In this document: piece after piece, positions 36,201 through 47,580 of the stretch | How positions within the stretch are numbered: the first letter of the stretch is position 1 | Layout of the letters: each line of letters begins with the position of its first letter | Assembly (NCBI RefSeq): GCF_018350175.1 | Contig: NC_058383.1 | Coordinates: 3,658,001-3,722,000, forward strand | Length of the DNA stretch: 64,000 nt | Source: Felis catus | Taxonomy: Eukaryota | Direction: 5' to 3' | The notes under the pieces: generated by a model | The model's input: only the letters and a program-made list of their open reading frames with translations | What the model was told of the DNA's origin: nothing | Database searches by the model: none | Translations under genes and position numbers: made by a program

Positions 36201-36829
36201 AAGGTTCCAGAGGGTTCCAGATGGCTCCAAAGGGTGCTCGGAAGTCCCTGGGAGCCCCGTGTTCCCACCGGGTCTCTGAGCTCACAGAACTCTGCTGCCT
36301 TCTCCACACAGCCTACTGCAAAGGAAACCTGGCTGCTGCCCCTCCTACTCAGGGGCCGCAGAAAGCACAGTGAAGCTGCCTCAGACCATTGTGTCCAGCC
36401 ACCTGCTTAGCCTCTGTTCTGCTGTCCCCACACCTCAGTGATGAAGAGGACCCCTCCCAGGTTGGAAGGAAGGCAGGCATCCCCTCTATGCTCAGATCCA
36501 GAACTTTCCAGAAGATTCTACTCTTCTCGTCCACCCGGTGGAGGACGTGGGGTGCAGAAGCCTCTTTCCAACTGGCTTCTCACCCCAGATTCGGAAATAT
36601 ATTTCCCCTGTTGTGACACCAGTTTGGAGATGCTGACTCCACGGTACTTACACCAAATTTCGCCACCTTCTCTCCAGGCTTTAATTCTTTAAAACCTGAA
36701 ATCCGATGATTTGATTTGTTCCTGTCCCCCTGAGCCAAGGGCCACAAGGGGCAGGCAGGGGGTGCGGAGTCCTCGGGCTATAAGTGACAACGTTCGGGGA
36801 CAGAGAAGAGGAACCCGGTGAATTCTCCA

Positions 36830-36985
36830 CAAAGTCATCCCTACACACGAGTAATCTCATTTATTCCGTACCAGTTACCAACCTTCCTTTACCGAGGAGG
36901 AAACAGATTCAGGGAGAGCCGAAGCGACTGGCCCGAGGTCACAGGTCATGTAATACCAGAGTCCAAGATCTGTGACTTTCCACTT
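36830..36985 (-). mobile_element. MIR fragment
   Basis: gaggaaacagattcagggagag...gactggcccgaggtcacag. Confidence 0.65.
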
Positions 36986-37888
36986 GGTGTCACTTGGATA
37001 TTTCTTGAATAGACGAGCAGATCGTTCCCAGGGTTGGCTGGGCTTCTCCCTGTAACCCAGTGCTCACATGACAACACAGGATCTGACCGAAGGACGAGGA
37101 TTTGAAAGCAGGACTGTTACGGACGATCTGGGCATGTGGGTGCCACGCTGATCTGTATCGACACCGACACAATGGCACGTCTTTAAGCAGCCACGTTGAG
37201 TGGTACTAAATTTGCGATTCCTTCCCTTTCTGGGTATTTTCAAGCATGCTGTGATTCTCCTGTTGTGCGCAGTGACCGCTGTTAGCAGGAAGTGGCCCGT
37301 CCTGGGCGAAGCATCAATACTCATACAATATAGCCCATTAAGCATCCATAATGCACCTTTTAGATGTGTGTTTTCTTCCCACTTAATCTACTTTATTTAA
37401 GCATTCTCCACTCTGCACGCCGTTAACTATTTTTCTGTTCTAACCCTAGTTTCCCAAGGTCCCTGGTAAAATGTCATATAAACGAACACACAAACCCAGT
37501 AAATGTGTGACTGGTACAACAAGTGAATCACTTTACCGGTGTTCTGGATCGAGATGCCCCGGGACAGATGCAACATATTCCAAAGCGAGAATCCTCGCGT
37601 GAAGCGACGCCCCCTCCATGTGCCTTTCTCTCTCTTTCACGCGTGTCTTTACACCAGTATCGCTGGTCCTCTTTGTAGAGCCTCGAGAGCCCCGAGACAC
37701 AGCGTGCAGGACGAGGGAAGAGAGTGATCGGCCGTCGGCCCCCCAGAGGCCCGCGTGTAACTGCCGAGCCAGCAGAGCCGCGCGTCGGACCCCCGGAACC
37801 GAGGTACGTCGACCCTTCGTCGGCAGTAGGCGCGCTTCGGATGCGGGGTCCGGGGCCCACGTGGGTGGGGTCTGCGCGGTGAGAGGCT

Positions 37889-38311
37889 TGTATCCGTTTC
37901 CTGTGGCTGCTGTAGTAAACCGCCACACACCGGGTGGCTTTAAGAGAAAATGGAGATTGCTTCTGCCACGGTTCCGGAGGCCGGAGGTGCAAAACTAAGT
38001 GCTGGTAGGACCACACTCCCCTCAAAGGCTCTAGGGGACAATCCGGTCTTTGTCCCCCGGCTGCTCGTGGCTGCTGGCACTCCAGCCTCTGCTTCCGTGG
38101 CCGCAGTGCTTCTTCCTCTCCCGCCCCCGTGTTCCTTGAGAGGGCACTTGTCACCGAAGTCAGGCACCGTCGACATAACCCGGCAGAATCTCCTCATCTC
38201 GAGACCGCTCTTTCCATCTGCAAACACCCTTTGTCCAAATAAGGCCACATTCACAGATTGTAGGGATGAGGCTGTGGACGTTTGTTTGGGGGCCACCATT
38301 CAGCCCACTAC
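37889..38311 (-). mobile_element. MaLR solo LTR (MLT1C type)
   Basis: gtttcctgtggctgctgta...aggctctagggga...atctcctcatctcgaga...ccaaataaggccacattcacag...ttgggggccaccattcagcccacta. Confidence 0.9.
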
Positions 38312-38357
38312 TCATCTTCACTGGTTTAGGGTGGGGCTTTGGACAGGGAGACCGTAC

Positions 38358-38800
38358 CGGTGATGGGGTTTGGGGGTGGTGGGGGCGGGTCTGGAGCTGA
38401 CCGCCAAGAAAGAATTCTTGAGACGTCTTTGGTGCAGAAGGACTTTGATGTCATCAGAGCACAGGGTCAGGACCCCTGGGCAAAAAGAGCTGTGCTGGGG
38501 TTGTGAGGAGTGACCTGGGAGCTGGGGGAGGTAAGGAAGAAGGGAGGTTTGCAAAAGAACTTTCATATGCTACAGAGATACTACAAATGTGTCTGTTTAG
38601 TACAAGATACTGGAGGCCTTGTTATTGTCAAGCTAAGGTTGTTTTCCCTCTAGTAAAGCATTAACATTGAGACAAGACAGTCGGGAGTTAATTGGAGGAA
38701 TGTTATACTCTGCCTATCTCAAATGTTTGTCAGTGGGCTGCAGGTTATAAAGAAATTTTATTTTATTTTATTTTCGTCTTACCTTTGTCCCCTACATCAC
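38358..38800 (-). mobile_element. ERV solo LTR, probably carnivore-specific
   Basis: gccaagaaagaattcttgagacgtctttggtgca...caggacccctgggcaaaaagagctg; resembles recalled carnivore LTRs, family not named. Confidence 0.55.
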
Positions 38801-39096
38801 TGTGGAGGGGAGGATGATGTGGGGGCTCCAGGAAATTGAGTCTGTGGGTTTCTGGAGGTTCGGCTCTTGGTAAGATTGCCTTTTTCTTGTGATGTACTAA
38901 GACCTTTGTAAACTGACGGAAGCTCATATCCTGGATGACTGATCTCTGACAGTTAGTCATTGGTTTTTCCCTTCCTTTGTCCTCGGACAGCTGCGAGTAT
39001 CTGAGGAATGTCACACATACCCCACCTGGCAGGGGCGGGGCGGGGGGGGAGGTTGCTAGCTTGCGCTTTGCCCCCACCTCGCCTTTGGCCCCCTCA

Positions 39097-39303
39097 TCTC
39101 TGGGATTGTGCAAAGTTCTCGACGTAATAGTTTAGGTTTGGTGGGCACAGTAAGGCAAGGATCTAGAAGGAGTTTTGGTGAATACAGTTGTTTGATAAGC
39201 AAATGTCTTACCGGTCGAGCAACCTCATATCTTGGAAAAAGTCTGTTTGGGAAATCTGTGGTTCAGATAAGTTGGTTTTGGAGGCGTTCCTGAAGCAAAC
39301 GAT
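39097..39303. repeat. Unassigned ~205-bp interspersed element, copy 2 (inverted relative to copy 1)
   Basis: Reverse complement of 12424-12631. Confidence 0.85.
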
Positions 39304-40823
39304 ACCAAAGCAAGACACTGTTGGCATCGGGCATGAGATGGGGTCTCAACACCAACCCCAACAAGGAGCGTCCCCTCTGAGAAGGGCACTGGCCAGGCTG
39401 TGATTATCCTAGCTGGGAATCACCTGCGGATGCCCACCGAATCCTGGGATCTGGACAAGGACCACTGCTCAGTGGACGCCAGCCAGAAAATGCACATAGG
39501 GAGAGGCAGTGCCTCCTACTGAAGCCCGGCAGGAGTGAGGCCAGGGCGCTCCCTGACCCAGTGCCCTGGGTGGGGACGTCTCTGTACCCACAGATGCCTC
39601 CTTGGGGGGAAGATGGAGATATGGTGGAAGATGCACCATGAAAATGGTGTTGAGAAGCGCCCAGACTAGGAAGCTCCAGGCTCGCCAGAAGGCACCCTAG
39701 AGCATCACCTCCCTGCTCCACCAGCAGCGACCATGGCTCCCTGGAGCAGGTAACCCAAGCTCCGCAGTGTTCTGGAAAACACCTGGGCCATCCCTCTGCC
39801 CCGCGTCTGCCCTCTCTCTACTTTCCCCAGAGACTCTCTGTCCTTGTCCTCTTGGACAATACACATCCAGCCCAAGACGCCCTTGGTCTTGGGAGCATTA
39901 GAACTTGTCTGGCCTTTACAAGTCCACTGTCTCTGGCTCATCAGCCACAGGGATTTCTTTCTGGAAAGGCAGAACGGTGTCACCACTGCCCACTTAGCTT
40001 TATCTTGAGAAACGGTCATGGTGTCGCCCTGAGTGCTACTGGAGCCCAGAGGGCAAAAGGGCAGGGTTGGTGACATCCCTTTATCCCGTGTCCAAAGCTG
40101 GAGTGGCCTACAGATCTAATAAGACTGTGCTTGGAGATGAGGCCACTGTCCTGCATACTTTGTGTCTCCCCCAAAACTAGCGTCCCGAAGGGAAAGGATT
40201 CGAATCTGCCTGGCCTCTCACTTGCGTTGCTAAGAAATGCAAAATGATTACCGTCACCAAAGCACTACTTACGGGACGGCACTTGTAAGATCCCTGGTGG
40301 AGGGATCGGAGTGGAGTCAGCAGTTTCCGGGGCCCCAGAGCTTCCAGATCCCGCCACGACCTCACGCGTCATCTCTGGTTGCTCCGATCTGTAACCACGG
40401 GCGGCTCCTCACCAGGTGTGCTGACAGGTGTACTGAATCACGTCTCCCCGAGCCCCTCACTCCTACAGGCGGGCCTCCCCTTCTGGCAGGCGGGGGGCCG
40501 GGCAGAGCCTTCCAGCATCGCTTGGATTCTGTATCCCCAGACATCCTAACACCCAAGAGAGAACTCGAGGACCGACACGCCCCGTGCCGTCATTCGAGAC
40601 TACCGTGAGTTTCCACTTAGAGTCACATTCCTGGTGTTACCAACCTGTCGACCGCGATTACTTTCCCACCACGTGGCTTTGCTCACAGTAGAGAATTTTC
40701 CACACGTGCAGAGGACACCGAAGGAGCAGTGCCGCGATCTCTCAGCATCAGATTTGGTCAAGACTTAAAGAATAGTTCTCTCGTCCGTCAGCAGCTGGGT
40801 GGTCTGTAATGTAAATGTCTGTG

Positions 40824-40906
40824 TTTTTTTTTTAATGTTTAAAACATTTTTTTTGAGAGAGAGGGTTGGGGAGAGAGGGAGAGGGAGAAGGAGAGAAAGA
40901 GGGGGT

Positions 40907-40955
<49 letters not shown>

Positions 40956-41079
40956 CTCAAGCAGGCTCCATGATCACCGCAGATGCTGACATGGGGCTTG
41001 ATCCCACAAACCATGAAATCAGGACCTGAGCCGAAATCAAGAATTGAACACTTCACCGACCAAGCCACCCAGGCCCCCC
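40824..41079 (-). mobile_element. Carnivore SINE, older subfamily, with expanded (GA)n
   Basis: gaatctcaagcaggctcc...gacctgagccgaaatcaaga...agccacccaggccccc. Confidence 0.9.
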
Positions 41080-41115
41080 TAAACTTATGTTTTAAATGTA
41101 CCACTTGCTCTGGGG

Positions 41116-41632
41116 CCTACATGTTCTCAGCAGCACTGTTCCCAGTAGAAAACGTAGAAACAACCCAGGTGCCCGGGGACAGAGGAATGGACGAACTAAA
41201 TGTGGTATATGTGTTTTATATATGTTGTTTTATAAATAGTATGTTCCATTTAAACATATATTTATACATAAATGGAAGATTACTCAGCCTTCAAAAGCGG
41301 TGAAATTCTGACACCTGCTACCACCACATGGATGAACCTTAAAAACATGGTAAGTGAAATAAGCCAGGCACAAAAGGTGAATCCTGCACGATTGTGCTTC
41401 TGTGAGTTCCAGGAGACATTGATTCACAGACAGAAGGTTGGTGGTGGAACCAGGGGCTGAGGGGGGTGGGGTAGCATGTGATCGGGACAGGGTCTCAGTG
41501 TGGGAACACAAAAGGGTTCTGGAGACGGACGGTGGGGACGGACAGACAGTGTGAACGTGCTTAACGCCACAGAACCCTGCACCGAAATATGGTTATGATG
41601 GTAAAATTTATGTTAGTGTCTCTTGCCATAGT
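41116..41632 (+). mobile_element. L1MB-type 3' end
   Basis: gaaattctgaca...acatggatgaacctt...aagtgaaataagccag...gttctggaga.gga.ggtgg...atggtta.gatggtaaaatttatgtta. Confidence 0.85.
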
Positions 41633-41780
41633 AACGTTCCGGGTGGTTATCTGTGAGAAGCGGGACTGGGCGTAAGGAGGACTGGTTTTCAGGGTAAGCC
41701 TTGTGATACTACGTATTTGACTTTTTAACCACACGTCCATAATACTTGGATAAATATTTCAATTAAAAAATCAAGCACAA

Positions 41781-42014
41781 GGGCGCCTGGGTGGCTCAGT
41801 CGGTTGAGCGTCCGACTTCGGCTCAGGTCGTGATCTCGCAGTCTGTGGGTTCGAGCCCCGCGTCGGGCTCTGGGCTGATGGCTCAGAGCCTGGAGCCTGT
41901 TTCCGATTCTGTGTCTCCCTCTCTCTCTGCCTCTCCCCCGTTCATGCTCTGTCTCTCTCTGTCCCAAAATAAATAAATAAATAAACAAACAAACAAACAA
42001 ACAAATGTTGAAAA
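41781..42014 (+). mobile_element. Carnivore SINE (relatively young)
   Basis: Canonical head; tgggctgatggct and ctgtcccaaaa variants; flanked by aaaaaatca(a/t)gcaca. Confidence 0.97.
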
Positions 42015-42029
42015 AAAAAATCATGCACA

Positions 42030-42238
42030 GGGCGCCTGGGTGGCTCAGTCGGTTGAGCGTCCGACTTCAGCTCAGGTCGTGATCTCACGGTTTGTGAGTT
42101 TGAGCCCCGCGTCGGGCTCTGTGCTGACGGCTCGGAGCTGGGAGCCTGCTTCCGATTCTGTGTCTCCCTCTCTCTCTGCCCCGCCCCGGCTCATGCTCTG
42201 TCTCTCGCTGTCTCAAAAATAAGTAAAACGTTAAAAAA
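42030..42238 (+). mobile_element. Carnivore SINE (SINEC_Fc type)
   Basis: Canonical head; followed by aaaaaatcaagcaca (42239-42253). Confidence 0.97.
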
Positions 42239-43880
42239 AAAAAATCAAGCACAGTAAGTGATCTCTTTTAGTTGGAAGAAGAGGAAACACACCTAAGAAT
42301 GTGGAAAAACAGCCATCTCTACCCCATGTCTCCCATCTCACCAGCATGAGAAATCCCTTCTTTTTCTCCCCTCACGGAACTGGCAGAGTTGTGGATACAG
42401 TCTGGAATGACTGAGCTCTTACATCCTTTTCTTAGGAAAAGAGAATGATTTTAGTTCACGTTTTTCAGTGCACGCTCGTAAACCTTGTCCGATTCGATGT
42501 CATACCTTCATGTTATGAGCAGGAAGTGTGTCTTATCTTCAGTTACAAAATAAGGAAACCAAAAAGGAAGGAATTCAGTTACAAATTCCTAGCATAGACG
42601 CCTTCTCAGCGCACAGTGAAACCACCCATATCACAAAAGAGCAAAGTTTGCCAAATATCAGCGACCAGCTCACGCACAGTTGGCTCTAGACGTAATTGAG
42701 CGTTAGCAAACCTGTCTGTCTGTTGTGCATTTACCTGTCATCTGTCCTGTCTCCGTGCCGTCTGTCACCTGTGTATCGACCTTCCAGCTACCCTGCCTTC
42801 ATCTCTGTCATCCGTCTGTCTGTCTCTTCATCTATCATCACGAGGGTGGCCACACTTCCCGATGTGCCTCAAACAGTACCCGTTTACGTCCTCTGTCCCA
42901 GGTTGGCGTTCATCTCGGATTCCCCACCTGGAGCAACACCTGCTGCAATGGCCGCGTGCGGAGGGCACGCTCTGTGTGCGCAAAACCCGGGCCACCCGGC
43001 GGTCCGGCCGAGCGCCAGACAGGCGTGCAGCGCCCGTGGTGATGACCCGTCCCTTGCTTCTCACGTATTTCCGGCACAAACAGTCGCCTCTCTTCCTAGT
43101 GAGGGTCTCGCTGGTGAAACAAAGCAGGCTTGCTGATGAAAGGGGGGGACCTCGGACAGGAGAGGCCAGACACAGCTAACTCCGTCCAGCGTGGGGGTGG
43201 GGGAAAGAACTCAGCCTGGCTGGCTGTGGTTTGGCTGCAGAAGGTTTTAACTGCCGGGTGCCCATTTGGCGAGGCCGGTGAGAAAGGCAGACAAGCGTGC
43301 GAAACTCGCGTGGGAAATGCAGCCCAGGCAGCCCGGCCAGCGGGTGTGTTAGAATAACCCGGATACTCCTGCTGCATCAGCTCGGACGTTGATTGCACGG
43401 AGTAAGTCAGCAAATAGTTGTGTAGCGCGTGGTTCAGTGATGCTTTTGTTATTTAGCAGCAAACTCTTAAAATAGTAATAAACTGAAGATAAAAAGGCGA
43501 AGTGCGTATTTAGCACAAACTAACAACTGGCTTGTGTGATAGCCCCGCCCCCCGCCGCCCCGTGTGCAAATGGGAAAAAGGCAGAGAAGCTTAGCATCCG
43601 CTGCAGAAGTTCACTGCCGTTGAACTTTGCTCAAAGACGACCACGTGACCGCGTGTGCAGGTGTGACGTTCACATAGTCATCTTCCAAGCATGGCTTCCT
43701 CCTTGGATCAAACGATCGCTCTTTTAAATTGGCGTCGCTCATCTTTCCTCCTGGGTTTCATCGCTTTTGCACAGAAGTGAAGGAGTAGCTGCCAATGCGC
43801 TCACTTCATTAGCGGACGAATTTCACAAGCAGCCACGTGATGCCACTTTTGTATCAGAGTCGTGAGATGTTTCTTTCCTG

Positions 43881-44096
43881 TTTTTAATGTTTATTTATTT
43901 ATTTTGAGAGAGAGAGAGAGAATGCACACGTGCAATTTGGGGAGGGGCAGAGAGAATGGGAGAGAGGGAGTCCCAAGCAGGCTCCGCACTGCCCGCACAG
44001 AGCTCCACACAGGGCCCGAACTTCTGAACTGTGAGATCGTGACCTGAGCCGAAATCAAGAGCCAGCCACTCAACCAGCTGAGCTGCCCAGACACCC
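43881..44096 (-). mobile_element. Carnivore SINE, older subfamily
   Basis: gtcccaagcaggctccgcactg...gacctgagccgaaatcaagag; flanks tgagatgttt / tgaaatgttt. Confidence 0.9.
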
Positions 44097-44200
44097 TGAA
44101 ATGTTTATAATAGAAAATCAGTTCATTCCAACTAGAGTTTGATTTTTTCTCGCATCCAATTCCTATGATCAAAATAAAGCCTCTGAAAATGCATCATATT

Positions 44201-44425
44201 GGGGCGCCTGGGTGGCTCAGTCGGTTAAGCAGCTGACTTTGGCTCAGGTCATGATCTCATGGTCCGTGAGTTCGAGCCCCGTGTCGGGCTCTGTGCTGAC
44301 AGCTCAGAGCCTGGAGCCTGTTTCGGATTCTGTGTCTCCCTCTCTCTGACCCTCCCCCATTCATGCTCTGTCTCTCTCTGCCTCAAAAACAAATAAACGT
44401 TAAAAAAAAAAATTAAAAAAAAAAA
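44201..44425 (+). mobile_element. Carnivore SINE (SINEC_Fc type)
   Basis: Perfect TSD gaaaatgcatcatatt (44185-44200, 44426-44441). Confidence 0.97.
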
Positions 44426-44585
44426 GAAAATGCATCATATTGTTGAAGGTAAAATGTCTAAAATTATTATGAATGCCTTTGAAACTTCAGTTAAAAAGTT
44501 CAACGTTAGAGTTAAAAAGTGGGGGCTGGTGGTCGTACGGTACACATTTGATGGAGAACAACACTGAGATAAAAACAGCATTCAC

Positions 44586-44810
44586 GGGGCGCCTGGGTGG
44601 CTCAGTCGGTTAAGCGTCCGACTTCAGTCAGGTCATGATCTCGCGATCGTGAGTTCGAACCCCGCGTTGGGCTCTGTGCTGACGGCTCAGAGCCTGGAGC
44701 CTGTTTCAGATTCTGTGTCTCCCTCTCTCTCTGACCTTCCCCCATTCATGCTCTCTCTCTCTCTGTCTCAAAAAAGTGAATAAACGTTAAAAAATTTTTT
44801 TTAAAAAAAA
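44586..44810 (+). mobile_element. Carnivore SINE (SINEC_Fc type)
   Basis: Canonical body; cagcattc(a/g)c flank repeat. Confidence 0.96.
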
Positions 44811-45736
44811 CCCAGCATTCGCACTAAATTTTAAGATCTGCGGGACAAAAACATGCCCATATAAGGTACACACACAGTTACTTCCAAATATGCAGCAATA
44901 TTCTGCCCACAGAAACAGAAACCCTGCCTGTCACAGTTTACGATATTCTACTTAGGCATAGAGGAACCTGACTACAAAAATCCTGAAATGAAACCAGTGA
45001 CAAACTTTTTTAAAACTTGGCACTTTCTCCCCTGCTTTCCCGTGGTTGCATTTCAGAAATGTCTGAAGCTTTAGAGAAAACTGTTGAAGTATCCTACAGT
45101 GGTAAATGACTTCTTAAAAAATACATGAATCCTCCAAATTTTGCGTGCAGTTAAAAAAAAATCAGTTGGAAATATTTAATTAAAGTAATCACAGAGTTCT
45201 AAAAGATCTTCAGCACTTGAAGATGTTCGCAAAATGCAATTATTGAAAATAAAGTCTGCAATCAGGAAGGTATTGAATGTGTTCCCACAGAAGCAAGCAT
45301 GAGGTAAACACGTTACACGATATGACTTCAACCCACGACAAGATTTAATTTTAAAATTCTAAAAGTGTGTCTGGGAGTACTGAGACTTACAGGAAGACTC
45401 TTTTGAGGAAGCTTCTATTTTTTATTGGATACATTGATACTTAGTACATACAACTTCCCAGCATCCTTGGTCGGCGAGACACCCAAGAGAATCATAAATA
45501 GAGTAAACTTAGTTCACGAATTTTGATTCATAAAAATATTTGTCAGCAGAAAGTATTCTGGATGGAAGCAAAAAGGACCTGTAAAAATTTGGACTGAAAT
45601 GTTAACACATTGTAACACAAAATTTCTAGAGTTGACAATAGTCTCTGTTCCCTGAAATTGCCCTGAGCTTACAGGTACTTCAGCACCTGCATGGGGAAGC
45701 CTTCTGGAAGCCTTCTTGCAATCTAATATATTATGA

Positions 45737-45926
45737 GGGGCGCCTGGGTGGCTCAGTCGGTTGAGCATCCGACCCAGGCTCAGGTCATGATCCCACCGTT
45801 TGTGAGTCTGAGCCCCACGTCAGGCTCACTGCTGTCAGCACAGAGCCTGCTTCGGATTCTCTGTCCCCCCTCTCTGTCTGCCCCTCCTCCACTTGTGCGC
45901 TCTCAAAAATAAATAATAAAAATTTT
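45737..45926 (+). mobile_element. Carnivore SINE
   Basis: Canonical head, shorter body (gctcactgctgtcagcacagagcctgcttcgg); degenerate ...tatga flank repeat. Confidence 0.93.
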
Positions 45927-47257
45927 AAATAATATGAAAAACGGAAAAAAAACTGATGGAAGGTATCGAGGATTTCAAATTCATGGACCATAAAAAAACC
46001 ACTTTGAAGAAGTCTGCAGGCAATTTGATGAAAAATAAACTAGAACACGTTAAAAAACTTTGTTTTTCAGAAGAACATCAGTGATGTTATAGTAGGAGAA
46101 GATGTGGGTAAAAACAGAAATATGTCAAGAGAAGAGCTGTCAGGGATCATTATCCTTCCCACATGATTATCCAGTGTTCAGATGAACACTATCTTAAGTA
46201 TGTTATGGTATAGATATGTTCTTAAATAGAAAGAATTTTAAATTGTTTTTCCTTTAATGCACATAGATTTTGGAGGTTTTTAAAAAATATATATGTTTTG
46301 AAAACAGTTTTTGAAAAGCACTGTAGGTCCACCAAGATAATGAAACGAATTTGTCAGCCAAAAAATAAGTATTTTTCACATTATCTCCATTTTAGCATTG
46401 ATTTTTCATTTCAGAATTTTCCCAGTTGGGGCCAAAAACAATTATGTGGTCAGCCCGTTGTATAACCCTTCTTGTTCCAGCAGAGATTGAGGCCACATAA
46501 AAGACCTCGGCCACCCCGGCTTTCAGCCTCACTAACTCAGCTTTGGGGGCCCAGAGCCCTCTCCAGTCTTCGTCCTGCGTTTCATTAAAATGACTAGTTT
46601 CAAGCTAGAATGACGTGGACTTGATGAGCTGTTACTATAAATAAAATTAGGATCACTGAGTAGTTTTTCTTTTATTTCATCCTTAATCATTTATCAGACT
46701 TGTCCTCACTACCGAGAGGACACAATCTTCAGGTGCTTCTGTCCATGTTCCGTTTGAAAATCAGTCACTCCAGCAGGAACACTCCTCCCCAGTCTGCGGG
46801 GTAGCCAGCATCCAGAATATGAGGACAAGGGGACACAGTGAGCAGCAGGGTCCTTTATGAAAACATTCGGACAGAACCGCGTGCTTTTGTTTGGACACAA
46901 GTCAGTCTGTTCTCGGGTATCTGAACGTCTGAGAGCAGAAGAGAGATTTTTGCACTCGAGAGCTGCGGAGATTTCCCGGAGGAATTTTATGGAGATAAAC
47001 CTCTCTGGGGAGTGTGGTTAGCAAGTTCCGAGCTGGTGCCCCCGTCCAGAAACAACACAGGGCATGGTCAGGGGCCAGAGCCTCCCTCTCCTGCCCGAGG
47101 TTTGAGGGGGGGCAGCTACAGAGAAGAGGGTACGGGGAGTCAGCAGAGGGAAATGAGGGAAGTAGAGACGATTAGTGCTTCTTGCTCGCAGTGGAGCCGG
47201 CAGGACATCTGCAGAGGATTTCTGGAATGTTCCCAGAGACAGCTTGTTGCCAGCCGC

Positions 47258-47580
47258 GTCTTAGGCTGCCCTTCCCCCAAGGCCGACCCTAAGACGGGGA
47301 TTGGGGGCCAGGTCGTTTCTTTGGAGGGAAATAAAAATAGTAGTAATAAATGACAACTCTTAAAATAACAATCCGCACCCCTGCCTGTTGGGATCACTGC
47401 AGACAAACAAGGGAAAGGAAAACCTGGCTCAGGCTTGGAGCATGGGGCTCCACCCTGCGGGGGCTCCGAGAGACACAGGACAGGCCCATGAGCTCAGTAG
47501 CCACCACCCTCCAGCAGCCGACATCGGGGACAGCTCTTGGGGGCTGCTGACACCCCGCACTTCCAGTCCCGCCGCATGAG
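47258..47580 (-). mobile_element. ERVL LTR (LTR16 type) fragment
   Basis: gtcttaggctg.ccttccccc.agg.cgaccctaagacggggattg...; parallels 34141. Confidence 0.55.

Larger units (their letters stand above)
43494..46084 (+). pseudogene. Degraded hAT transposase coding region
   Basis: Manual translation across frameshifts and SINEs: KAKCVF (43494), FT*SSSKHGFLLGSNDRSFKLASLIF (43669), EFHKQPRDATFVSES*DV, IKIKPLKMHHIVEGKMSKIIMNAFETSVKKFN, CSNILPTETETL (44891), KIWTEML, EIALSL/GTSAP (45654-45688, hATC-like), KKLCFSEEHQ* (ends 46084). Confidence 0.75.
42842..46457 (+). mobile_element. hAT-Blackjack-type DNA transposon, near full length, fossil
   Basis: Left end gagggtggccacacttcccg...cagtacccgtttacgtcctctgtccc and right end ttcccagttgggg...aattatgtggtcagcccg resemble recalled MER94/BLACKJACK termini (TAGGGTGACCA...TGGTCACCCTA); internal hAT transposase remnants. 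Confidence 0.8.

Noticed and set aside
43494..46084. Domesticated, functional hAT-derived gene
   Set aside because: Multiple stops, frameshifts and four SINE insertions
42834..46465. 8-bp TSD around the hAT element
   Set aside because: The flanks atcatcac and ttgtataa do not match, so the TSD is not used as evidence
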